IMG/VR virus record: IMGVR_UViG_3300021959_000026
Source of the DNA: an uncultured virus (IMG/VR IMGVR_UViG_3300021959_000026)
Lineage: Duplodnaviria; Heunggongvirae; Uroviricota; Caudoviricetes
Direction: 5' to 3' (one strand)
DNA length: 64,000 bases
Under the pieces are notes generated by a model. The model had not been told where the DNA came from, did not search any database, and saw nothing but the letters and a program-made list of their open reading frames with translations. Of the stretch, positions 17,097 to 26,329 are shown piece by piece (within the stretch, counting starts at the first letter, position 1; each line of letters opens with the position of its first letter). The translations under genes and the position numbers were made by a program.

Positions 17097-17125
17097 TAGA
17101 CATAATGAGAAACACGGAGAAAGAC

Positions 17126-17476
17126 ATGACCAAGTTTGTGAACAAGAACTTCTACTACAACGGCGAATACCTGTTCTATCAGGTGCCTGGCGAAGGGTTT
17201 GAGCGTTTCGTTGCTCGGTTCAAATACGGTGGAATGGTTGCATTCAAGAAGTTCCTTCGTGAGAACTTCACTGTGAATGAGTACTTCGATCTCTTGGAGA
17301 ACAAGGGTATGGCTCCTCTGAAGGTTCTTGAGACAAAGGGTTATGTAACTCCCAATATTGCAAAAATCCTCAAGATGCGTGGTTATCCCATGACCCTTGA
17401 AGGTATGAACAAAATGATTAAAGATGATATTGCACGGCGAAAAGGCCTATATGGAACTACTGGTGTAAAGCAATAG
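17126..17476 (+). CDS. Hypothetical early protein
   Basis: GGAG RBS; F.Y.GEYL.Y, FVARFKY, FKKFL.ENFTV.EYF..L....APL..LE.KGY. Confidence 0.75.
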   Translation: MTKFVNKNFYYNGEYLFYQVPGEGFERFVARFKYGGMVAFKKFLRENFTVNEYFDLLENKGMAPLKVLETKGYVTPNIAKILKMRGYPMTLEGMNKMIKDDIARRKGLYGTTGVKQ

Positions 17477-17534
17477 GTGTGAAGGCAGAGAAGTCTGCTG
17501 TTGATGCTCTGGATAAGTTAATGGAGACATATGA

Positions 17535-17702
17535 ATGAGTTATGAGTTCTATGAGAGTGAGTTCCTAAAGAACAAGTTCTTTGAATACAAGGCAGACTTT
17601 GCTGCTAAGGGTTGCACTGAGGAAGAGGCAGAGAAGGCAGCTGCTGAAGCAGTGATTCAGCTTGCTGACGCTCTGGATATTAATGCGGTGATTCTGGTAT
17701 AA
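17535..17702 (+). CDS. Hypothetical 55-aa protein
   Basis: GGAG RBS; MSYEFYESEFLKNKFFEYKADFAAKGCTEEEAEKAAAEAVIQLADALDINAVILV*. Confidence 0.6.
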   Translation: MSYEFYESEFLKNKFFEYKADFAAKGCTEEEAEKAAAEAVIQLADALDINAVILV

Positions 17703-17740
17703 AGATGATTAAGAGTCAAGTATTCGTCTAGATTTATTTC

Positions 17741-17785
17741 AGACACCCCCCCCCTAAACCTCAGCGCACTTCATTTGCACTACCC
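17741..17785. repeat. C-tract repeat copy 2
   Basis: AGACACCCCCCCCCTAAACCTCAGCGCACTTCATTTGCACTACCC. Confidence 0.7.
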
Positions 17786-17823
17786 TATATAATTATCTAC
17801 CCCTTATAAGGAGTTTCCCCCCT

Positions 17824-17976
17824 ATGTCAGCTAACATCAACGGTGCAGATATGCCCACCCTTACAGTATTCAAAATGGAACTACAGAGAATTACCGATAT
17901 GAACTTGAATATAAACCCAGAGATTACGGACTACATGCAATCTCGTATTAAAGCTATAGAGAATAACAATGAATAA
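17824..17976 (+). CDS. Hypothetical 50-aa protein
   Basis: AAGGAG RBS; MSANINGADMPTLTVFKMELQRITD.. Confidence 0.55.
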   Translation: MSANINGADMPTLTVFKMELQRITDMNLNINPEITDYMQSRIKAIENNNE

Positions 17977-18142
17977 TGAACCATATCGCAGGCCTGACCT
18001 AATCGACCTTGACCCTGATAAGAGGGAATGGATGTATGATGGTAATGGTAACAGGGTGTACAAGAATAACTACACCAATGCATGGCATACCCCGAATTGG
18101 TTTAAAACACCCCCACCCCCAAAACTGAGCGACTCTGATTGA
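17969..18142 (+). CDS. Hypothetical 57-aa protein
   Basis: Overlaps upstream stop; MNNEPYRRPDLIDLDPDKREWMYDGNGNRVYK..; its 3' end contains C-tract copy 3. Confidence 0.45.
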   Translation: MNNEPYRRPDLIDLDPDKREWMYDGNGNRVYKNNYTNAWHTPNWFKTPPPPKLSDSD

Positions 18143-18149
18143 CTTAACC
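18104..18149. repeat. C-tract repeat copy 3 (degenerate)
   Basis: AAAACACCCCCACCCCCAAAACTGAGCGACTCTGATTGACTTAACC. Confidence 0.55.
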
Positions 18150-18158
18150 GGACATATT

Positions 18159-18323
18159 ATGGAAGCGATACTAATAGTACTACTAATCGGGTTCTGTGTT
18201 TGTTTCTTTGTGAGACATCCACTTATTTCTTTAAAATATATCTTTTATACCTTGACATTTCTTGCAATAGGGTATATAGTGGTAGCAATACTATTCTTTT
18301 ATTTACTAGGAGCGAATATATGA
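18159..18323 (+). CDS. Small 2-TM membrane protein (54 aa)
   Basis: [58 protein letters not shown] overlap with uvsX. Confidence 0.55.
   Translation: MEAILIVLLIGFCVCFFVRHPLISLKYIFYTLTFLAIGYIVVAILFFYLLGANI
18252..18280 (+). promoter_or_regulatory. Possible sigma70-type promoter for uvsX
   Basis: TTGACA-17 nt-TATAGT, 40 nt upstream of the uvsX ATG. Confidence 0.6.
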
Positions 18324-19366
18324 GTGATTTTCTAAGAGACGTTATCAAGAATGCTGGTAATGAGTACGCAGCTATCGTGGATGACGGTGTTGAAGCAGGA
18401 GATGTTGACAGTTTCATTGATACTGGCTCATATATCTTCAATGGACTACTGAGTGGTTCCATATATGGGGGACTTCCCTCGAATAAGATTACTGCGATTG
18501 CAGGAGAGAGTGCAACTGGTAAGACGTATTTCCTTATGGGTATCGTAAAGAACTTTCTGGATGCAGACCCAGACGCTGGTGTCATATACTTCGAAAGTGA
18601 AAGTGCGATTACCAAGAACATGGTGGTGGACCGTGGAATTGATCCGAAACGCATGGTGATCTTTCCTGTCACAACCGTACAGGAGTTTCGTACACAGGCA
18701 ATTCGAGTGATTGACGACTACATGGCGCAGCCTGAGAGTGACCGTAAGCCGTTGTTCCTCTGTCTGGACTCTCTGGGTATGTTATCTACCACGAAGGAAG
18801 TCGAAGACACCACGGATGGTAAAGAAACCAGAGACATGACCAGAGCTCAAGTGCTAAAAGCGGCGTTTCGAGTTCTGACGCTGAAACTCGGGCGAGCGAA
18901 AGTCCCGATGGTCGTAACTAATCATACTTATGAGAGTATGGGCCTGTTCTCTACCAAGGAGATGGGTGGTGGTTCTGGTCTGAAGTATGCGGCGAGTAGT
19001 ATCATCTACCTCAGCAAGAAGAAAGAGAAAGATGGTACAGAGGTTATCGGTAATATCATTCATTGTAAGAACCACAAGTCCCGACTCACCAAAGAGAACA
19101 AGATGGTGGATGTGCGACTGACTTATGACAGGGGATTGGATCGATACTACGGTCTGCTGGAACTGGCAGAGAAGTATGAGATATTTAAGAAGGTATCAAC
19201 ACGGTATGAACTGCCTGACGGGTCAAAGCAGTTTGGTAAAGCGATACTCAATGACCCAGAAACCTACTTCACTGAGGATATCATGCACAAGCTGAACCTC
19301 GCAGCCGAAACGGAGTTTAAATATGGAGCAGGAAATGACGAAACCGTTCAAGATAGTGACGACTGA
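18320..19366 (+). CDS. uvsX: RecA-like recombinase UvsX
   Basis: [61 protein letters not shown] before ATG 18320. Confidence 0.97.
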   Translation: MSDFLRDVIKNAGNEYAAIVDDGVEAGDVDSFIDTGSYIFNGLLSGSIYGGLPSNKITAIAGESATGKTYFLMGIVKNFLDADPDAGVIYFESESAITKNMVVDRGIDPKRMVIFPVTTVQEFRTQAIRVIDDYMAQPESDRKPLFLCLDSLGMLSTTKEVEDTTDGKETRDMTRAQVLKAAFRVLTLKLGRAKVPMVVTNHTYESMGLFSTKEMGGGSGLKYAASSIIYLSKKKEKDGTEVIGNIIHCKNHKSRLTKENKMVDVRLTYDRGLDRYYGLLELAEKYEIFKKVSTRYELPDGSKQFGKAILNDPETYFTEDIMHKLNLAAETEFKYGAGNDETVQDSDD

Positions 19367-19526
19367 GTATTTCGAAGAGATTGACTACGACACTACAGGT
19401 GCTGACCGTCGAAAGTCAAGGCGAATACGAATGGTGACGACTGAGACACGATTGATTGATCGTCATGGAAGGCCAGTGGGTGAAAAGATTGAACCCATTG
19501 TAACAACTAAGTTTGAATATCTATAA
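19335..19526 (+). CDS. Hypothetical protein
   Basis: [22 protein letters not shown].. Confidence 0.55.
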   Translation: MTKPFKIVTTEYFEEIDYDTTGADRRKSRRIRMVTTETRLIDRHGRPVGEKIEPIVTTKFEYL

Positions 19527-19537
19527 GGAACGAAAAA

Positions 19538-19807
19538 ATGAATATCGGTGATGAAGTTGTATATAACGGTGACTTTGGTGAAATCCTTACGGGGATTTTG
19601 ACTGCTGTTGGTTCTGATAAAGACTCGTATGATGACATTAAGTTGAAGGATGGGGTGTTTATGTACAAATCCAAGAAGCTAAAGAAGTATGTTGAGTTCA
19701 AGGAGAAGTCTTTGAACTCTGTCTATATTGAAATTACCAAGGGCAATACTGCTGGTCTTGCAAATTTTGATTACATTCTTCCTAATGAGTTGATTGGAAC
19801 TGTCTAA
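19538..19807 (+). CDS. Hypothetical protein
   Basis: AAGGA RBS; MNIGDEVVY.. Confidence 0.65.
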   Translation: MNIGDEVVYNGDFGEILTGILTAVGSDKDSYDDIKLKDGVFMYKSKKLKKYVEFKEKSLNSVYIEITKGNTAGLANFDYILPNELIGTV

Positions 19808-19817
19808 ATAACCCACC

Positions 19818-20375
19818 ATGACAATAAGAAAAACAAATCACTGCTATGATATGAATAGATGTCTAGTTGAGTGGGAACTCATACAGCTGCGTGTAGGAGA
19901 TGCACTGTATGACAATGATGAACTTGAAGGCACTGGTATATATGGACAAAGGCGACAGACTTGTATACAACGTAGTAACAAGTCTGTTGTTAATCCATAT
20001 ACAGATGGAGCTGGTGAACACCGTGAGAAGAAAGACCGTATCATAAAGGATCAGTCAGAATATACAGTATTAAATGAAGTTTATGAAGGCACAGTTTTTG
20101 CTGACATAATACAGGATGTAAATGGTGAACGTGCTAGGATTATGCATATGAATTCTTGCACTGCATATTCCGTACACAAAGACCAAGCGCCTCGTTATCA
20201 TCTGGCTCTTATAACTAATCCAAATGCTTACTTTATATTTCCTACGTTGAATGAGATAATGCATATACCCGCTGATGGTTTTCTCTATGAGGTTGATACT
20301 ACAATTCTCCACAGTTTTGTTAACTGTGGACCTGACAGAACGCATTTGGTGATCTCAAAAAGGAGTTCATCATGA
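19818..20375 (+). CDS. Aspartyl/asparaginyl beta-hydroxylase-like cupin dioxygenase
   Basis: R.RIM.M....YSVHKD...RYHLALITNP, HIPADG, DT...HSFVN.G..RTHLV; TCTAAATA late-promoter variant at 19803-19810. Confidence 0.75.
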   Translation: MTIRKTNHCYDMNRCLVEWELIQLRVGDALYDNDELEGTGIYGQRRQTCIQRSNKSVVNPYTDGAGEHREKKDRIIKDQSEYTVLNEVYEGTVFADIIQDVNGERARIMHMNSCTAYSVHKDQAPRYHLALITNPNAYFIFPTLNEIMHIPADGFLYEVDTTILHSFVNCGPDRTHLVISKRSSS

Positions 20376-20548
20376 TTAAGTACAGAGTCTTTTCAAAAGA
20401 AGTAATTGCTGATAACATGGATCAAGAAGAAGCCTTGACTTGTGTTGAAATATTAAGACAAAACAATCCAGATATCCTTTATGACATAGAGGAATACAAC
20501 TGGTCGCATGTTGAAAAACGCATGGGGCGTGATCCAGACCTTCACTAA
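20372..20548 (+). CDS. Hypothetical 58-aa protein
   Basis: AGGAG RBS, ATGA overlap; ends ..KRMGRDPDLH*. Confidence 0.65.
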   Translation: MIKYRVFSKEVIADNMDQEEALTCVEILRQNNPDILYDIEEYNWSHVEKRMGRDPDLH

Positions 20549-20553
20549 ACTAT

Positions 20554-20561
20554 TATAAATA
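20554..20561 (+). promoter_or_regulatory. T4-type late promoter TATAAATA (gene 5)
   Basis: Exact TATAAATA just upstream of gene 5. Confidence 0.8.
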
Positions 20562-20566
20562 GTTCC

Positions 20567-22105
20567 ATGCAAGATTTCATGGGTAAAGACGGTTTCAGTT
20601 GGTTCGTTGGTGTGGTTGAAGACAGGAACGATCCTGCTCAATTGGGTAGGGTTCGTGTTCGTGTGCTTGGACGGCACAGTGATGACTTGACTCAGGTTAA
20701 GACTATTGACTTACCGTGGGCGCATGTGATGCACCCTGTAACTGATCCTTCTATGCAGGGGTTAGGTCACACACCGTCATTTCTAACACAGGGTTCGTGG
20801 GTTGTTGGGTTCTTTAGGGACACTGAAGCACAGCAACCTGTTATCATGGGTACATTGCCGGGTATTCCAGAAGAAAGTGCTAGTACATCTGAAGGATTTA
20901 ATGATCCAAGAGGAAAAGGTTCATCCCAAAAAGGATTTCAGTTTGAACCAAAATATGGTCCATATCCCGGCACTATAACTCACTCTGGTCATGGTATCGG
21001 TGAATCAGATACTAGTCGTTTAGCTAGGGGTAGAGCATCAGAATCACATCAGTCTCTTATTTCTCGTAGACTGAGCCGGTTGCGTGGTGATCCTGTCGAG
21101 TCTAATGACGAAGATGATAGCAATACGGGTATTCCTACTGCAACCAAACCAAACATAAAAACTGTCAGCGATGAATTAAAAGAAGATGAAACACGGGGAT
21201 TCTGGGAAGAGCCACATCCCAAGGGTATTATTGAAGATGCAAACCCATATATTTCTGGTGTCTATCCCTACAACCATGTATTTGAATCTGAGTCTGGTCA
21301 CATTACGGAAGTTGATGATAGCCCCGGCGCAGAAAGAATGTTTCGCCAGCACATGGCAGGAACATTTGAAGAGATTCACCCTGACGGTTCTGTTGTCACC
21401 AAGATTGTCGGTGATAACTACGAGATTGTGATTGGTAGTGAGAACATTGTCATCAAGGGTTCTCAGAACATCACAGTTGAGGGTTCAGTAAGAGAGCTCA
21501 TTAAGGGTGACTACATACAGGAGATTGAAGGAGACTTCGTTCAGAAGATTCATAAGAACCATCGTGTCAAGGTAGGTGCTGCAAACGATGCACATCCAAA
21601 AGGTCCGGGCGGTAATCGTGAAGAAGAGATTATCGGCAATCATTCTTTCAATATCAACGATGATATCAAAGGTAGAGTCGGTGGTGATTCGGTTGTCACC
21701 TTTGAGAAATCTAAAATTCAAATTGTTGGTGGTGGATATGATTTGGATGTTACGGGTAAGGAGATGGGTTCAAACGAGGGTGGTGATGGTGTTTTCATAT
21801 CAACTAATTCTAACTACACCGTGCTTGCAAAGACCAATATATCGCAGACAACTATATCAGGTATCATGTCTATTAAATCTGGTGACACATTGAACATAAA
21901 ATCAGCTGCGGATATGACAATCGTGATGGAGAACGCTGTTTCTCCATCGAACGGACCGTTGGACGCATTAATGAAAATAGAATCTAAGAATACTTTGAGT
22001 CAAATCGTCGGTACGTCATGGACAAGCACCACAGGAACAACATGGTCGCATACATCTACAGGTATTGCAACAATTGTTGGTTCTGAAATTCAGATGAACC
22101 CATAG
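20567..22105 (+). CDS. gp5: Baseplate hub / central spike gp5 (no lysozyme domain apparent)
   Basis: FSWFVGVVEDRNDP..LGRVRVR..G.H, LPWA, GSWVVGFF.D...QQPVIMG; YPYNHVFESESGH..E.DDSPG.ER; beta-helix repeats; C-terminal IQMNP. Confidence 0.93.
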   Translation: MQDFMGKDGFSWFVGVVEDRNDPAQLGRVRVRVLGRHSDDLTQVKTIDLPWAHVMHPVTDPSMQGLGHTPSFLTQGSWVVGFFRDTEAQQPVIMGTLPGIPEESASTSEGFNDPRGKGSSQKGFQFEPKYGPYPGTITHSGHGIGESDTSRLARGRASESHQSLISRRLSRLRGDPVESNDEDDSNTGIPTATKPNIKTVSDELKEDETRGFWEEPHPKGIIEDANPYISGVYPYNHVFESESGHITEVDDSPGAERMFRQHMAGTFEEIHPDGSVVTKIVGDNYEIVIGSENIVIKGSQNITVEGSVRELIKGDYIQEIEGDFVQKIHKNHRVKVGAANDAHPKGPGGNREEEIIGNHSFNINDDIKGRVGGDSVVTFEKSKIQIVGGGYDLDVTGKEMGSNEGGDGVFISTNSNYTVLAKTNISQTTISGIMSIKSGDTLNIKSAADMTIVMENAVSPSNGPLDALMKIESKNTLSQIVGTSWTSTTGTTWSHTSTGIATIVGSEIQMNP

Positions 22106-22114
22106 GAGACAACG

Positions 22115-22378
22115 ATGCCGGGTATATGTAGAGATGCAGACGATGCCGCTGGAGGAGCATTGATTAAATCTCAATCAACCGTGTTTGCAAATGGTAAAAA
22201 TGTAATTGTGCATGGTGATTCTGTCACAGCACATGGCGACTCGCCCCATGATGCACCAACTATGATTGCTGGTTCTGATAGTGTTTTTATTGGTGGTATT
22301 GCGGTATGTAATGCTGGTGACCTTGCAACGTGTGGTCATGCTGCAAGTGGTTCCAGCACAGTTTCGGTAGGAGATTAG
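22115..22378 (+). CDS. PAAR-motif spike tip protein (gp5.4-like)
   Basis: MPGICRD; TVFANG; GS.SVFIGG..VC.AGD..TCGH..SGS..V.VG. Confidence 0.9.
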   Translation: MPGICRDADDAAGGALIKSQSTVFANGKNVIVHGDSVTAHGDSPHDAPTMIAGSDSVFIGGIAVCNAGDLATCGHAASGSSTVSVGD

Positions 22379-22379
22379 A

Positions 22380-23648
22380 ATGGTTGATTTTAAAATTCCA
22401 AATATATGTGGTGCTAGTCCAGAACTGAATGATGTTCTATCTAAACTTGCTGATGCGAAAGCAGACGCAAAGGCAAAACTTGATGAAGCTGCATCTACTG
22501 CTGCAGCTGCGTTTGGAGAAGCTCAGAATGAACTTGCGGGTCTGAAGGATAAACTTCAATCAATTGAGATACCAACTCTACCGAAGTTAAATTTACAAGC
22601 AGAGATAGCAGGGCTTGCCTCACAGATACCCGGCACTCCATCTTTTCTTTCTGCTCTTGCAAAAATTAAAACAGAGTTTGAAGATGACATCAAGGCTGCG
22701 GGTTTAGAATTGGATAGTCTTGTTAGTAGTGCTACCTCGGCAATATCAGGTGGTGGTGATATTTGTGCTATCGTTCCTAATCTTGAGAAAGATGCGGGGA
22801 GTACTGAACCAGCAGTGCAAAAACCTATTGCACCAAAACAAGCAGCTGCACCTGCCGTAACTGAAGCCGCCTCGGTATCAAACGATAATGCAACTGTTAC
22901 AGCAGCAGTTGCCGATAATAAACAAAAGACGGAAGCTTATGCGGTTACTAATAAAGCACCAACTGAAGATAGTGGTGCAATAACAGTTGTAAAGGCAGAT
23001 AAAACAATCAAAAGTCCAGCTGGAGGAGATGTAAATGTTGCGCCAGTTGGATCAGGAAAAACCTTTTCTCCTGATGGGGGCATACCTAATAGAAGAGCAT
23101 CTGTGTTAGAGAAGATTAAATTATCTCAAATAACAAATCTTGGTAAAGATGGAAGCTTTGGTGAACTATTCTCATTGAAAGTTACATTAAAGAATCAACC
23201 AATAGACAAAATTGCTATTTATTTATACCTTGGAGATAATATGAAAAACCTTCTCGTAGTACCAGAGGAGGGTTCGACTAATCAAAAAATTATCGGTACA
23301 CATTATAATAGTTATTATGGACCACATATGTATCCGTGGATTAATACATCTGGGGGTGGCACAGGTTCTCAAAACGTAAAAGTTGATGGGAAAGAATTGA
23401 TATTCTCTATGCCGGGATCATTATTGGAAGATCACCCCGGCAATATTGTTAGTGTTGATAATGAAATTCTCAACGTAAAAGGCGTATTTCGATGTTATGG
23501 ACGATTTCCCGCATCTGTAAGAAAAGATAGCGTATTTGGGCCCGGAAGATTTCTGGAAGACAAATCTTTGAATAAAGCTTTCGGGGGTTTTGCAGCACTC
23601 ATAGAATATGAATACTTAGATAACTATGACCCAGAACCACAAACTTAA
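22380..23648 (+). CDS. Hypothetical (probable virion) protein
   Basis: Ala-rich helical N-half, Pro/Ala linker; in the late operon after PAAR. Confidence 0.6.
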   Translation: MVDFKIPNICGASPELNDVLSKLADAKADAKAKLDEAASTAAAAFGEAQNELAGLKDKLQSIEIPTLPKLNLQAEIAGLASQIPGTPSFLSALAKIKTEFEDDIKAAGLELDSLVSSATSAISGGGDICAIVPNLEKDAGSTEPAVQKPIAPKQAAAPAVTEAASVSNDNATVTAAVADNKQKTEAYAVTNKAPTEDSGAITVVKADKTIKSPAGGDVNVAPVGSGKTFSPDGGIPNRRASVLEKIKLSQITNLGKDGSFGELFSLKVTLKNQPIDKIAIYLYLGDNMKNLLVVPEEGSTNQKIIGTHYNSYYGPHMYPWINTSGGGTGSQNVKVDGKELIFSMPGSLLEDHPGNIVSVDNEILNVKGVFRCYGRFPASVRKDSVFGPGRFLEDKSLNKAFGGFAALIEYEYLDNYDPEPQT

Positions 23649-23684
23649 AGACATAAATACAAACACACATAAAGGAGTTATATT

Positions 23685-23966
23685 ATGGGAAAGAAAAAAT
23701 CAAGGGCTACACAAACATCAAAGGGTGAACGCAATAACGTAAGCAAAGATGTGAGTAAAGCACTTCGTAGAGATTACTTGCAGAATGATCTTGCACGGTT
23801 GAATAATCAGATTGATGCTTTTAAGAGGGGTAAGAATGTCATGGTGACTATTCCTAACCCAAATACAAATGAAACAAACAAACGATTTCTTCGAGTCAAT
23901 GCAAAGGACGTTTGGAAGTTTAATAATAAGTTTATTATGAAACATAATACATCAGAAAATGTATAA
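23685..23966 (+). CDS. Hypothetical basic protein
   Basis: AAGGAG RBS; CATAAATA at 23652-23659; GKNVMVTIPNPN.NETNKRF motif. Confidence 0.75.
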   Translation: MGKKKSRATQTSKGERNNVSKDVSKALRRDYLQNDLARLNNQIDAFKRGKNVMVTIPNPNTNETNKRFLRVNAKDVWKFNNKFIMKHNTSENV

Positions 23967-23969
23967 ATA
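23962..23969 (+). promoter_or_regulatory. T4-type late promoter TATAAATA (gene 25)
   Basis: Exact TATAAATA. Confidence 0.8.
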
Positions 23970-23982
23970 ATAATAAAGAGGA

Positions 23983-24426
23983 ATGCTCATGAGCGCTAAA
24001 GACGCATATACTGACGGTACATATCAGGGACAAGAACGAGCTGCTCAACTGTATTCCGATATAGATTTGTTTTTTGGACCTAAGACGGGAACAAATGATA
24101 TCAACAAGGTAACAGATTTTACGGCCGTCAAACGATCTGTCAGAAATCTTGTTCTAACTAACTTCTATGAGAAACCCTTTCACCCAGAGATTGGTTCTGG
24201 TGTAAGAGATATTCTATTTGAACCTATGACGCCAATCACTGCATATGTTCTAACTATGAAGATCGAAGAGGTGATTGAGAACTTTGAACCAAGAGCTAGA
24301 CTCGTTGGAGTTCGAGCTCAACCTAATCTTGACAACAATGCATATAATGTTACTATTGAGTTTTATGTTGTTAACGCCCCAACAGAACTTGTGAATATGG
24401 AAGTTCTATTAGAGAGATTACGATAA
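23983..24426 (+). CDS. gp25: Baseplate wedge subunit gp25
   Basis: YSDIDL.F, AVKRSVRNLVLTN.YEKPF.PEIGS, I.NFEPR, LERLR. Confidence 0.95.
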   Translation: MLMSAKDAYTDGTYQGQERAAQLYSDIDLFFGPKTGTNDINKVTDFTAVKRSVRNLVLTNFYEKPFHPEIGSGVRDILFEPMTPITAYVLTMKIEEVIENFEPRARLVGVRAQPNLDNNAYNVTIEFYVVNAPTELVNMEVLLERLR

Positions 24427-26327
24427 TGGCAGCGACTAGAAAAAGACTCAGTGTAACAGAATTTGACTTTGATGAGGTTAAGGATAACCTAAAACTTTTC
24501 ATGCGAAATCAGACAGAGTTCAAGGACTATGACTTCGAAGGCTCTGGTCTATCTGCCCTTCTGGATGTTCTTGCATATAATACACACTATCTTGGTTTCA
24601 ATGCGAACATGCTTGCAAATGAAATGTTCCTTGACTCTTCTCAACTGAGGTCAAGTGTAGTTTCTCATGCGAAGACCTTGGGATACACCACTCGTTCTGC
24701 AACAGCATCTAACGCAGTTGTTGACATTTTTCTTAACACAACGAATGTAAGTGCAACTATGCCAGCAGGAACAGTGTTCAGTGCTAGTGTTGATGATGTA
24801 TCTTATCAGTTTGTAACCATATCTGATGTAACTTCATCTAACAGTGGTTCAAACATTGTCTTTGATGACGTTAGAATTTATGAGGGAAGTTATGTTTCAA
24901 GTCGATACGTTGCTGATACTCAGAATGTTGAACAGAGGTTTCTAATCAATGATGATCGTGCAGATACAACAACCCTTTCGGTTATAGTTCAAAACTCTGC
25001 AACGGATACCATACAGACAACCTTTACTCAAGCAACAGATATTTCTGGACTAACCTCTACATCGAATGTATATTTTATTCAAGAGGTTGAGGATGGTCAG
25101 TATGAAATTTATTTTGGTGACGGTATTCTGGGTTCTGCGATAGAAGATGGTAATATTATTATCATGCAATATGTTGTGACTAATAAGGGCGCAGCTAACG
25201 GTGCAAGTACGTTTACTTCATCTTCTGCAATCGATACGGTCAATAGTGTTAATGTTGTTACTGTTTCAATTTCTGATGGTGGATCAGAACCAGAAAGTAT
25301 TGAGTCCATCAAGTACAACGCACCTCTGGATTATGCATCGCAGGGAAGATGTGTTACAACAGAAGATTATAAGACATATGTTAAACAGTTGTTCGCAAAC
25401 ACTCAAGCGGTTTCTGTTTGGGGTGGCGAGGATGGTTCATTTAATCCGGTTACTGGTGTGTCTGATGTTGCAGAGTATGGTAAAATTTTCATTAGTGTTA
25501 AGTCAACCACAGGACTAAATCTAAATGAAATTCAAAAGGCACAGTTAGTAACAGATTTGTCTCCGTACACTGTAGCGTCTATTACTCCCGTAGTCGTAGA
25601 TGCAGAAACTCTAAACATTATCCTTAACGTCAATTTTAAATTCGATAGTAACAAAACAACAAATTCTAGAGAATCGTTAGAGACACTTGTACAATCTACT
25701 ATCACAAATTACAATACTGATTACTTGAAAGTATTCAACTCTGTTTTTAGACATTCTCAGTTTACTTCTTTGGTTGATGCTAGTGATACTTCAATATTGA
25801 GTAATATCACTACGGTAACTCTGGGTAGTTTTTACACACCAAGTACATCAGGTTCCTTTTCTTTCACAGTTCATTTTGGAAATCAACTGTATAATCCCCA
25901 CTCTGGTCATAATTCAACAGCCGGTGGTATTATTGCATCAACTGGTTTCTATGTACAGGATAATACAAACGAGATGTTCTTTGATGATGATGGCGCAGGC
26001 AACCTTCGCATTTATTATTTGGTTACCGGAGCAAGAACCTATTATGATTCTTTCGCTGGAACTGTAGATTACACAACTGGTTTAGTTTCAGTTAATCCAG
26101 TTTATATAACATCTGTATCTAGTGTTGATGGCAATGTCTCAAGAAGAATAAGGTTAACTGCAATACCAGCGTCCAGTGATATTGTAGGTAAGAGAAATCA
26201 GATTGTTGAAATTGATCTTGTAAATACGTCAGTCTCAGGGGGACAGGATACAATTGCAGTTAATACTGCGGGGGGTTCAACGAGTTACGTCACATCAACT
26301 AATTACGCAACGCCGTCGAGTTATTAA
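24426..26327 (+). CDS. gp6: Baseplate wedge subunit gp6
   Basis: DFD.VK.NL..F...Q.EFKDYDFEGSGLS.LLDVLAYNTHY, FGDG.LG, SIKYNAP..Y.SQ.R.VT..DY. Confidence 0.96.
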   Translation: MAATRKRLSVTEFDFDEVKDNLKLFMRNQTEFKDYDFEGSGLSALLDVLAYNTHYLGFNANMLANEMFLDSSQLRSSVVSHAKTLGYTTRSATASNAVVDIFLNTTNVSATMPAGTVFSASVDDVSYQFVTISDVTSSNSGSNIVFDDVRIYEGSYVSSRYVADTQNVEQRFLINDDRADTTTLSVIVQNSATDTIQTTFTQATDISGLTSTSNVYFIQEVEDGQYEIYFGDGILGSAIEDGNIIIMQYVVTNKGAANGASTFTSSSAIDTVNSVNVVTVSISDGGSEPESIESIKYNAPLDYASQGRCVTTEDYKTYVKQLFANTQAVSVWGGEDGSFNPVTGVSDVAEYGKIFISVKSTTGLNLNEIQKAQLVTDLSPYTVASITPVVVDAETLNIILNVNFKFDSNKTTNSRESLETLVQSTITNYNTDYLKVFNSVFRHSQFTSLVDASDTSILSNITTVTLGSFYTPSTSGSFSFTVHFGNQLYNPHSGHNSTAGGIIASTGFYVQDNTNEMFFDDDGAGNLRIYYLVTGARTYYDSFAGTVDYTTGLVSVNPVYITSVSSVDGNVSRRIRLTAIPASSDIVGKRNQIVEIDLVNTSVSGGQDTIAVNTAGGSTSYVTSTNYATPSSY

Positions 26328-26329
26328 TC

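Noticed and set aside
18200..18319. N-terminal extension of UvsX given by the ORF track
   Set aside because: The RBS and homology begin at ATG 18320; the upstream region holds a promoter and a separate small membrane ORF
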